Source of the DNA: Xanthobacteraceae bacterium
GTDB taxonomy: Bacteria > Pseudomonadota > Alphaproteobacteria > Rhizobiales > Xanthobacteraceae
DNA length: 64,000 nucleotides
Direction: 5' to 3'
NCBI GenBank assembly: GCA_049651165.1
Contig: JBASBO010000216.1
Coordinates: forward strand, 192 to 64,191
Of this stretch, positions 48,719 to 56,794 are shown piece by piece. Numbering within the stretch: the first letter of the stretch is position 1; every line of letters begins with the position of its first letter. The position numbers and the translations under genes were made by a program. Under the pieces are notes generated by a model, which saw only the letters and a program-made list of their open reading frames with translations, had not been told where the DNA came from and searched no databases.

Positions 48719-50212
48719 ATGAACGGGAAGGTCGAGAAGGCCGGAGTCGCGCCGCGGCGGCGGATTGATTTCTGGGACACGACGCTGCGCGATGGCCACC
48801 AGTCGCTTTGGGCGACGCGCATGACGTCCGCGATGATAGAACCGATTGCCGCCACCGTCGGTCAGGTCGGCTACGCGGTGATCGGGCTGGGGGGCGCCGC
48901 GGTTTTCGATTCGTGCATCTATTATCTTGCGGAGAATCCCTGGGACCGCCTCGCGATGGTGAACCGGCTGACGCCCGGAACCCCGAAGGCTTGCTACATC
49001 CGCAGCTTGAATATTCTCGGCTGGGATATCTTCCCCGACGATGCCACCGAACTGACGATCCGCACGCTCGGCAAATATGGCGTCACGGCGATCAATGCGT
49101 TTGATGCGCTCAACGATACCCGGAATATGGAATCGACCATTCGCGCGGCGCGAAAGTATGGTCTCCAGTCGATCGGATCGTTGGTCTATTCAATCAGTCC
49201 GGTGCATACCGACGATTATTATGTCACCAAGGCCAAGGAACTGGTGGCGATGGATGTGGATGCCGTTCAGATCAAGGATTCGGGCGCGCTGCTCACGCCC
49301 GAGCGCACCACGGAACTGGTGCCGAAGATCCGCGCGGCGATCGGCGACAAGATCAAGCTCCACTTCCACACGCATTGCACGTCCGGTCTGGGGCCGCTGG
49401 TGGCGATTGCTGCGCTGCCCCTCGGCATCGACGTGATGCACTCGGCCGTTTCGCCGCTGGCGAACAACACCTCGAATCCGTCCACCGAAACCATCGTCTA
49501 TGAGGCGATCCGCCAAGGATACGATATCCCGCTCGATCTTGAAAAGATGGAGCAGGAGGCAGCCTATTTCCGCAAGGTTGCAAAAGAACACGGCAAGCCG
49601 ACCGGTATCGGAGCGATCTATGACCCTGCGCTCTACCGGCATCAGGTGCCGGGGGGCATGATGTCAAATCTACGCAGCCAGATGGCGGCGCAGAAGCTCG
49701 ACGTCAGCTTTGACGCGCTGCTGGAGGAGATCATGCGCGTCCGCGAGGATCTTGGCTACCCGATCATGGTCAGCCCGATGGCCCAGTTCATCGGGGTGCA
49801 GGCGCTGTTCAACGTGCTTCACGGCGAACGCTACAAGGTGGTGCCGGCTGAAGTGCGCAACTATGCGCTCGGCTGGTACGGCGAGCATCCGGCGCCGATG
49901 AATCCGGACGTTTACGACAAGGTGGCTCAGGGCAGAGAGCAGATCAAGGGGCGGCCTGCGGATCATGTCCCGCCACTGGTCGAGCGCGCTCGTAAGGAGT
50001 TCGGCGCCGATCTCAGCGATGAGGAATTGATCCTCGCCTTCCACTACAAACCCAAAACCTTGCAGGCGTGGCGGGAGATGTGCGCCGACGCGCTGCACTA
50101 TCCGCTTGCCGAGTCATCCGCAGCGATTCTGTTGAATGAATTGCGCTTGAAGAAGGATGTGAACTTCTTTCAGCTGTCGCGAGGGGCGGAGAAGGTGACA
50201 TTCCGCCGTTAG
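48719..50212 (+). CDS. pyruvate/oxaloacetate-type carboxyltransferase subunit (HMGL-like TIM barrel, 5S/OadA-alpha/PycB-like, no fused biotinyl domain)
   Basis: IDFWDTTLRDGHQSLWATRM (the metal-binding DTTLRDxHQS motif of PycB/OadA/5S). Motifs KLHFHTHCTSGLG and HSAVSPLANNTSNPSTE. 497 aa, ending without an AMKM biotin domain. Confidence 0.85.
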   Translation: MNGKVEKAGVAPRRRIDFWDTTLRDGHQSLWATRMTSAMIEPIAATVGQVGYAVIGLGGAAVFDSCIYYLAENPWDRLAMVNRLTPGTPKACYIRSLNILGWDIFPDDATELTIRTLGKYGVTAINAFDALNDTRNMESTIRAARKYGLQSIGSLVYSISPVHTDDYYVTKAKELVAMDVDAVQIKDSGALLTPERTTELVPKIRAAIGDKIKLHFHTHCTSGLGPLVAIAALPLGIDVMHSAVSPLANNTSNPSTETIVYEAIRQGYDIPLDLEKMEQEAAYFRKVAKEHGKPTGIGAIYDPALYRHQVPGGMMSNLRSQMAAQKLDVSFDALLEEIMRVREDLGYPIMVSPMAQFIGVQALFNVLHGERYKVVPAEVRNYALGWYGEHPAPMNPDVYDKVAQGREQIKGRPADHVPPLVERARKEFGADLSDEELILAFHYKPKTLQAWREMCADALHYPLAESSAAILLNELRLKKDVNFFQLSRGAEKVTFRR

Positions 50213-50220
50213 GGCATGAT

Positions 50221-50247
50221 TCCAAAAAGCGAGAACGGCTTTTTGGA
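50221..50247. terminator. 10-bp A/T-run hairpin between convergent genes (terminator-like)
   Basis: tccaaaaagc-gagaacg-gctttttgga, 9 nt after the carboxyltransferase stop and about 45 nt after the LysR stop on the other strand. Confidence 0.45.
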
Positions 50248-50293
50248 TCGTGCGCAAACGTCGGAGCGAGATGACGCCCGGTGCCATCTTGCG

Positions 50294-51343
50294 CTACACA
50301 AGTGATTTCGGTGTGGCGGCTTGCCGACGTGGAGGAGGCTGCGGCGCGGTGTCGGCGATCAGATGAACGACGCCGTTGGCTTTGGTTTCCGCGCTGAGGA
50401 ACGGAATATGCTGCAGGATGACCGGCACCACCGTGCTGCGGACGATCGCCTTGGCGAGTTCGGCGACGCGAAACGGCAGGCCGCGCAACTCTCCACGCCG
50501 CGATACGGCAACCGTCAGACGCGACATTCCGGGCCGGGGTAAGGGAAGGCACTGCACCTGACTCCAGTCCCGGACGCCTTGAAGCACATGCAATGGAGAG
50601 GTGACGGCCCAGGCTTTGCCGGACGCCACCATTGCGACCACCGAGTCCGCGGTATCGAATTCGCACCAATGCGGCAATTCGATTCCCTGGCGTCGGAGAT
50701 GCACCTCGATCCGGTTGCCGATCGGGCTTTCCGAGTGATAGCGAACCAGCGGCAGCACCTTGCCGAGGCCTCTTAGATCGCCGGCTGTATAAGGTGCGTC
50801 CGCCGGCAGAAGAAGCACGAACGGTTCGAGCAGGATATCGTGGCGCTCCAGTGAATCGATCTCGAGAAGCGGATCCGATGTAATCAGGATGTCTGTTTCG
50901 CGGTTGAGGAGCGACCTGCGATGGGTATGGGCGAGGCCGGTAGTAACCACGATCTTGTCAATTGGAAGTTGCTCGTAAAGCGTCTGAACGATCGACGGAC
51001 TTAGGATGCGCGACAATGACGATAGCACCGAAAGGCGGAGGATCGGCATCGAGCGCTCGGATAGGTTGCGGGTCGAGGACAGAATTCGGCTCGCGCTATC
51101 CAGCAGCGCTTCGGCTTGGGAGAATAGCTGCATCCCGTCGCTGGTGGGGCGTAGCGGACGCAGCGTCCGGTCCACCAGTTGTGCGCCAAGGACTTTTTCC
51201 AGGTTATTGATCTGCTGCGATACTGCGGATTGGGTAATATTCAGCTTGTGGGCCGTTTCCGACATGCTGCCGATCTTCAGTGTGGTGACGAAACACTCAA
51301 GTGCGCGCACGAGGTCGAGGTTGCGATCAGGATGTTTGGCCAT
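50294..51343 (-). CDS. LysR family transcriptional regulator
   Basis: LDLVRALECFVTTLKIGSMSETAHKLNITQSAVSQQINNLEKVLGAQLVDR is the LysR wHTH domain. Followed by a substrate-binding domain. Divergent from the BKACE operon. Confidence 0.88.
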   Translation of the reverse strand: MAKHPDRNLDLVRALECFVTTLKIGSMSETAHKLNITQSAVSQQINNLEKVLGAQLVDRTLRPLRPTSDGMQLFSQAEALLDSASRILSSTRNLSERSMPILRLSVLSSLSRILSPSIVQTLYEQLPIDKIVVTTGLAHTHRRSLLNRETDILITSDPLLEIDSLERHDILLEPFVLLLPADAPYTAGDLRGLGKVLPLVRYHSESPIGNRIEVHLRRQGIELPHWCEFDTADSVVAMVASGKAWAVTSPLHVLQGVRDWSQVQCLPLPRPGMSRLTVAVSRRGELRGLPFRVAELAKAIVRSTVVPVILQHIPFLSAETKANGVVHLIADTAPQPPPRRQAATPKSLV

Positions 51344-51510
51344 GAGATCGTCTTCAGTGCTGGTCGAACTGATTTGTTCAATACATAAGAATAAGTAAAA
51401 CTGATAGTCATCCCTTGCCTTTGAGCAGGTCAGATTGACGTGCCGATCCGACCCTGGGCTGGAAACAAAAGCTCAAAAAGCGACCATGACGGCATGAGGG
51501 ACGCACACCG

Positions 51511-52395
51511 ATGGATAAGACGATCATAACCTGCGCGATCACTGGGGGGCACGGGAACTTTGCGAAGGTTCCCGATTTTCCAATCACGCCCGAACAGATT
51601 GCGCGCGATTGTCTCCGCGCCCGCGCCGCCGGCGCGGCCGTCGTCCATATCCATGTTCGCGACCCCAAGACAGGACAGCATTCGGGGGAGTTGGCATTGT
51701 TTCGCGAAGTGGTCGCGCGCGTGCGTGACAGCGGCAGCGATGTCCTCATCAACCTGACCACGGGGTGGGGCGGGCGCTATGTGCCCGGTGCCGACAATCC
51801 CCAGGTTGGCGGCCCCGGCACCAATCTCGCAAATCCGGAGCGGCGGTTGCGGCACGTCGTCGATATCAAGCCTGATATTTGTACGCTCGATGTTGGAACG
51901 GTCAATTTCGGCGAGCAGATTTTTGTCGGCTTTCCACCTCACATCCGCGAGATGGCAGCCAAGATCAGGGATATCGGCGTTACTCCCGAGCTTGAATGCT
52001 TTGAATTGGGGCATATCGCCCAGGCGCGGGCCTTGATCGATAAGGGGCTGGTTACCGGAGCGCCGCTATTCCAGCTCTGTCTGGGCATTCCTAACGCCGC
52101 GCCCGCGACGCCTGAAGTCCTTATGGCGATGCGAGCAATGCTGCCGGCGAACGCCGCTTGGGCGGCTTTCGCGATCGGACGCCAGTGCTTCGATTTCGTT
52201 GCCTTGTCTGCCCTTCTCGGAGGGCATGTTCGCGTCGGTTTGGAAGACAACCTGTACATGTCGCCCGGCGAGTTCGCTACCAACGAGAAGCTCGTCGCGA
52301 AGGCCGCCAGCATTGTCACAGCGCTTGGTCGTTCGGTGGCGACACCGGCCGAAGCAGCGCAAATCATCGGTCTGCGCAAGCGGGCCGCAGCCTGA
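51511..52395 (+). CDS. 3-keto-5-aminohexanoate cleavage enzyme family protein (BKACE, DUF849)
   Basis: MDKTIITCAITGGHGNFAKVPDFPITPEQIARDCLRARAAGAAVVHIHVRDPKTGQHS...LINLTTG: the canonical BKACE N-terminal pattern including the His-x-His zinc ligands. Confidence 0.85.
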   Translation: MDKTIITCAITGGHGNFAKVPDFPITPEQIARDCLRARAAGAAVVHIHVRDPKTGQHSGELALFREVVARVRDSGSDVLINLTTGWGGRYVPGADNPQVGGPGTNLANPERRLRHVVDIKPDICTLDVGTVNFGEQIFVGFPPHIREMAAKIRDIGVTPELECFELGHIAQARALIDKGLVTGAPLFQLCLGIPNAAPATPEVLMAMRAMLPANAAWAAFAIGRQCFDFVALSALLGGHVRVGLEDNLYMSPGEFATNEKLVAKAASIVTALGRSVATPAEAAQIIGLRKRAAA

Positions 52396-52477
52396 CGATC
52401 GGCGCTGAAAAGAAGCCGGACGAATAGCCTGAGCTGAAAGCATCCATTCGATGCAATGTCTCGAAGGAGGGAGCAGT

Positions 52478-53509
52478 ATGAAAATGCGTGAGTGGATCGG
52501 AGCCGCGGCATTCGCGGTCCTGTTGGCGACAATCACGACGGCCGGCGCGCGCGCCGACGAGAAAGAGGTGATCGAGTTCAACTACGGCATACCGACCGGA
52601 TCCTACGTGCAGCTTTATGTCGCGGAAGATCAAGGGCTGTTTCCCAAGCACGGCCTGAAGCCGCACTTCTTTTCGTTTCAGTCCGGAGCGCCCCTGCTTG
52701 CGGGATTAAAGAGCGGCAGCCTCGACGTGGTGACTACCGGCCTGGCCTCGGTATTCGCACTGGGGCAGGGCATTCCTGTCAAGTATCTCTATTATATGGG
52801 TGACGCATCGCAGGCCGAAGCGCTGGTTGCTCGCCGTGGTGCCGGCATCAACTCCATCAAGGATCTGGCCAAGGCGAAGCAGGTCGGCGCGGCGGTCGGC
52901 ACATGTGCCCAGATATCGCTATATTGGGCAGCCAAAGCCGCCGGAACGGACTATAGCGCGCTGAAGACCGTGAATATCGCGCCGCCGCTTTATCGCAACG
53001 CATTCCTCGGCGGTTCGGTCGATGCCGGCGTGGCCTGGGCGCCATATTCGCTACAACTCGTCGCGGCCGGCGAGCAGCTTGTCGGCTTCGACGCCGATTG
53101 GGTGCCGGGCGGCGGCACCTGTCCTGAAACCACGCTTGCCAGCATTGCGGCGATTAAGGACAAGCCAAAACTCGCCGAGCGTCTTGTCAAGGTTCAGGCC
53201 GAGGCGTTGTCACTGATTGCGAAGAACCCGCAATTGGCCGTGGATGCGCTGGTGAAGCGACTCAGTATCACCCCCGAGATCGCCAAGCAGGTGTTTGACC
53301 GCTATTTCAAGGACGCGCCGACGCTTGAGAAGCATATTGATCCGAATTCCCGTTACGCTTTTGTCGGCGACAAGGGGCTGTTCGCCCAACTCAAGCTTGC
53401 CTCTGAGACCTACGTGGCGCTCGGCGTTCTGAAAGAGCCGATCCCGGAGGAGAAGCTGCGCGACGCCATCGATCCGCAATACGTCAAGGCTTACTTTGGA
53501 AAGCCCTGA
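52478..53509 (+). CDS. ABC substrate-binding protein, NMT1/THI5-like (NitT/TauT family), paralog 1
   Basis: Start MKMREWIGAAAFAVLLATITTAGARA (signal peptide, GAAGGAGG upstream). Mature part EVIEFNYGIPTGSYVQLYVAEDQGLF...FFSFQSGAPLLAGLKSGSLDVVTTG. Confidence 0.85.
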   Translation: MKMREWIGAAAFAVLLATITTAGARADEKEVIEFNYGIPTGSYVQLYVAEDQGLFPKHGLKPHFFSFQSGAPLLAGLKSGSLDVVTTGLASVFALGQGIPVKYLYYMGDASQAEALVARRGAGINSIKDLAKAKQVGAAVGTCAQISLYWAAKAAGTDYSALKTVNIAPPLYRNAFLGGSVDAGVAWAPYSLQLVAAGEQLVGFDADWVPGGGTCPETTLASIAAIKDKPKLAERLVKVQAEALSLIAKNPQLAVDALVKRLSITPEIAKQVFDRYFKDAPTLEKHIDPNSRYAFVGDKGLFAQLKLASETYVALGVLKEPIPEEKLRDAIDPQYVKAYFGKP

Positions 53510-53781
53510 AGACCTTGAAGGAATGGGTTTGGTTTTTGAGCAAATCTGTCGGGATGTCCGACCCCGAATGAGCCGCGGTTGGATATTCTCGATGCCCTTC
53601 CATTAGCCAGACTAATGATGAAGCCCATTTCCTTCAAGATACGTTGATCCTGGTATCTCTGTTTCGAGAGACATGGCCACTGGCGATCTTGTGGCGCTTG
53701 CGGACATCGAGGAGGTCCGAGGGCGCTGTCGTAGTTATACGCGGGACTAAAACTAAAAAAGCAAACCAAGGGAGGAAGCCA

Positions 53782-54816
53782 ATGAAGGTTGCTAAATGGA
53801 TAGCAACGGCGGTGATGAGCGTGGGTGTATTGGCAACCACATCCATCGGCCAGCGCGCTGTTGCGGATGACGTCATTTCCTTCAACTACGGTATGCCGAC
53901 GGCATCGTATATACAGGTTTATGTCGCCCAGGATCTCGGATTATTTGAAAAGAACGGCCTCAAGCCGACGTTCTTTTCGTTTCAGTCCGGTGCTCCCTTG
54001 CTCGCCGGGCTCAAGAGCGGAAGTCTCGACGTTGTGACGACCGGCCTGGCATCGGTATTTGCGCTCGGCCAGAACATTCCCGTGAAGTACGTTCTCTACA
54101 TGGGCGATGCCGCGCAGTCGGAAGGTCTGCTCGTTCGCCGCGGCACGGGTATCGAATCCGTCAAGGATCTCGGCAAGGCCAAGCATGTCGCGTCGGCGAT
54201 CGGCACCTGCGCGCAAATATCGCTATATTGGGCTGCCAAGGCCGCGGGCACCGAGTACAACAAGCTCAGTACGGTCAATATCGCACCACCGCTCTATCGC
54301 AATGCCTTGCTTAGCGGTTCGATCGATGCAGGCATTGCCTGGGCTCCGTATTCGCTACAACTTGTGGATCAGAGCGTTGCCCTGGTCGGCTTCGATCCTG
54401 AATGGGTGCCCGGCGGTGGTACTTGTCCGGAAACCACGCTCGCCACCGAGGTGGCTCTGAAAGCCAAGCCGAAGCTCGCCGAGCGCCTCGTCAAGGTGCA
54501 GGCTGAGGCGCTGGCGGCAATCAAAAAAAATCCGCAAGTAGCGGTTGATGCGCTAGCGAAGCGCCTCAGCATTCCGCCCGAGCTTTCAAAGCAGGTCTAT
54601 GAACTCTATTTCAAGAATCCACCCACCCTTGAGAGCCAGATCGATCCGAAGTCACGATATTCCCTGGTTGGCGAAGGCGGGCTTTTTGCACAATTGAAAC
54701 TGGCGTCGGAAACGTATGTGGCGTTAGGCGTCCTGAAGGAGCCGATCCCGGATGGTCAGCTCCGCGATGCAATCGATCCTCAATATTTGAAGGCGTATGT
54801 CGAGAAAAACAAGTAA
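53782..54816 (+). CDS. ABC substrate-binding protein, NMT1/THI5-like (NitT/TauT family), paralog 2
   Basis: Start MKVAKWIATAVMSVGVLATTSIGQRAVA (GGGAGGAAG upstream). The mature part is roughly three-quarters identical to paralog 1 by eye, with long identical blocks such as FFSFQSGAPLLAGLKSGSLDVVTTGLASVFALGQ and GLFAQLKLASETYVALGVLKEPIP. Confidence 0.85.
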   Translation: MKVAKWIATAVMSVGVLATTSIGQRAVADDVISFNYGMPTASYIQVYVAQDLGLFEKNGLKPTFFSFQSGAPLLAGLKSGSLDVVTTGLASVFALGQNIPVKYVLYMGDAAQSEGLLVRRGTGIESVKDLGKAKHVASAIGTCAQISLYWAAKAAGTEYNKLSTVNIAPPLYRNALLSGSIDAGIAWAPYSLQLVDQSVALVGFDPEWVPGGGTCPETTLATEVALKAKPKLAERLVKVQAEALAAIKKNPQVAVDALAKRLSIPPELSKQVYELYFKNPPTLESQIDPKSRYSLVGEGGLFAQLKLASETYVALGVLKEPIPDGQLRDAIDPQYLKAYVEKNK

Positions 54817-54971
54817 GTGGAATGGCGAGCAGGCCGGGACGAGGACCTGCTCGCCTGCCCCGTGCCGGCCGATGCGCATGACGATTTCGAGGAGGCTTTT
54901 GCAATTTTCGGGAAATGCCTCGCCTGGATAGGCACTGAGCCAACGCAAATGGCTTCCAAGAGGGGATTTGG

Positions 54972-55793
54972 ATGCTTCAGAACACTAGCAGAACGAAGAT
55001 TGTTTTCGACAACGTCGGAAAAGCCTATCCCGCGGTCCATAGCAGCGGCAACCAGGTTGTCGCGATCGGTGAACTTCAGCTTGCGATTCAGGAATCGGAG
55101 ATATTCTCGATCGTTGGTCCAACCGGTTGCGGCAAATCGACGGCGCTGAATCTGATCGCCGGCTTTGAGTTCCCGACGAAGGGCAATCTCGCTCTGGATG
55201 GCGCGTCGATCATAGGACCGGGACCGGATCGGGCGGTGGTGTTCCAGCATCCTGCGCTCTATCCGTGGTTCAATGTGATCGATAACGTAACGCTTGGGGT
55301 CAAAAGCCGGGGTGTGCCGAAGGACGAATACCTTGCGCGGGCGAATATGCTGCTGAAGGCGGTTGGACTGGCGGGATTCGAAAAAAGCTACCCCTATCAG
55401 TTGTCCGGCGGCATGCAGCAACGCGTGCAGATCGCGCGGGCGCTTATCAGCAATCCGCGCGTGCTTCTAATGGATGAACCGTTCGGTGCGCTCGACTATC
55501 AGACGCGGATCGTCATGCAGCAGCTATTGCTGGAATTGTGGGACGAATTCCGTCCGACGATTTTCTTCATCACGCACGATGTCGCGGAGGCTGTCTTCAT
55601 TTCGGATCGCGTCGGCGTGATGACCCGTCGGCCGGGCAAGCTGAAAAGCCTGATCGATGTGCCGATGCCCAAGCCGAGAACCCTCGATATGCTGCGGCAA
55701 GCTGATTTCACCGTGCTTGAGCATCAGGTGCTTGCACTGATCCAGGAGGAGCTTGTGCACCTCAAGGATCCGAGAGGACCCTCAAGCGCATAA
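54972..55793 (+). CDS. ABC transporter ATP-binding protein (NitT/TauT family)
   Basis: Walker A GPTGCGKST, signature LSGGMQQRVQIARAL, Walker B LLMDEPFGALD, H-loop FITHDV. Confidence 0.9.
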   Translation: MLQNTSRTKIVFDNVGKAYPAVHSSGNQVVAIGELQLAIQESEIFSIVGPTGCGKSTALNLIAGFEFPTKGNLALDGASIIGPGPDRAVVFQHPALYPWFNVIDNVTLGVKSRGVPKDEYLARANMLLKAVGLAGFEKSYPYQLSGGMQQRVQIARALISNPRVLLMDEPFGALDYQTRIVMQQLLLELWDEFRPTIFFITHDVAEAVFISDRVGVMTRRPGKLKSLIDVPMPKPRTLDMLRQADFTVLEHQVLALIQEELVHLKDPRGPSSA

Positions 55794-55828
55794 ATGCGAC
55801 CGAGTATCAACCGCCGGGAAAGAGCAAG

Positions 55829-56674
55829 ATGAAGTTGATTGGCTTGATTTTGGCCGCGGTGATGGCGCCGCGGTATGTCGACGCGGCGGCCGCGCGTGCG
55901 CGCCCACGGATTGTTATTCCGAGGTTCGCGATCTCGACATTGAGTATCGTCGTTCTGGTGTTGGTCTGGTACGGCGCGACCAATTTCGGATTCGTATCCC
56001 CGGATTATCTGCCTTCGCCGCAGTCGTTGGCCAGTCGCTTCTGGGTCCTGCTGCGTGACGGTTATCAGGGCGAAAGTCTGTTCGGCCAGATCAACGCCAG
56101 CCTGTCGCGAACGTTGGGCGGATTTGTCATCGGTGGCACGCTCGGCGTGGCTGTGGGTCTCGCCGCAGGCTACAGCCGGTTTCTTGCGGCGATGATCTCG
56201 CCGATCATGTCCTTCATTCGTCCGATCCCGCCGATCGCCTTCATTCCGATGGTCGTGCTGTATTTCGGCCTTGGTGAAACGGGCAAGGTCGTTCTGATTA
56301 CGGTGACGGCGTTCAACTATGCGGTTGTCAACGCGCAGGCCGGCGCCGCGGGTACGCCGATGGCTTATCGGCGCGCCGCGGCGACACTTGGTTTGTCAAA
56401 GTGGCAGGAATTCTGGAAAGTGATTTTTCCGGCGGCGCTGCCGTCAATCTTCACGGGATTGCGTGTCGCACTTGCCCTGAGCTGGGCCGTGGTGGTCGCG
56501 GCGGAACTCGTCGGAGCTCAGACCGGACTCGGTTTCATGATCAACAATGCTGCCTTGCTGTTCGATATCCCGACGGTCTTCATCGGCATCGCCTTGATCG
56601 GATTGATCGGATTGATCCTCAATACCGTGATTGAGGTCGCCGAGTCGCGGATCGTTCACTGGCGGGGTCGCTGA
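55829..56674 (+). CDS. ABC transporter permease (NitT/TauT family)
   Basis: 281-aa multi-TM protein with an EAA-type loop (AYRRAAATLGLSKWQEFWKVIFPAALPSIFTG). Confidence 0.88.
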   Translation: MKLIGLILAAVMAPRYVDAAAARARPRIVIPRFAISTLSIVVLVLVWYGATNFGFVSPDYLPSPQSLASRFWVLLRDGYQGESLFGQINASLSRTLGGFVIGGTLGVAVGLAAGYSRFLAAMISPIMSFIRPIPPIAFIPMVVLYFGLGETGKVVLITVTAFNYAVVNAQAGAAGTPMAYRRAAATLGLSKWQEFWKVIFPAALPSIFTGLRVALALSWAVVVAAELVGAQTGLGFMINNAALLFDIPTVFIGIALIGLIGLILNTVIEVAESRIVHWRGR

Positions 56675-56794
56675 TCGCAAGCGCTTCGCGCGCGTCTATA
56701 TCGGCGGCTTGCCGCTATCCCCCTCGATATCCGCCGCCGCGGAGCGATGCCCCGCGCCTGCTCGGCTGGATCGATCGACACCAAGAGCTATCGT

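Noticed and set aside
50013-50669. 218-aa minus-strand ORF bridging the carboxyltransferase 3' end and the LysR 3' region
   Set aside because: It overlaps two well-supported genes on different strands or frames and crosses the terminator-like hairpin. It is Arg/Ser-rich with no motif. Shadow ORF.
51344-51510. LysR-type T-N11-A operator in the LysR/BKACE divergent region
   Set aside because: The region is AT-rich (ttcaatacataagaataagtaaaactgatag) and surely contains the promoters. I could only find a loose TAC-N10-GTA dyad, which does not fit T-N11-A well enough to annotate.
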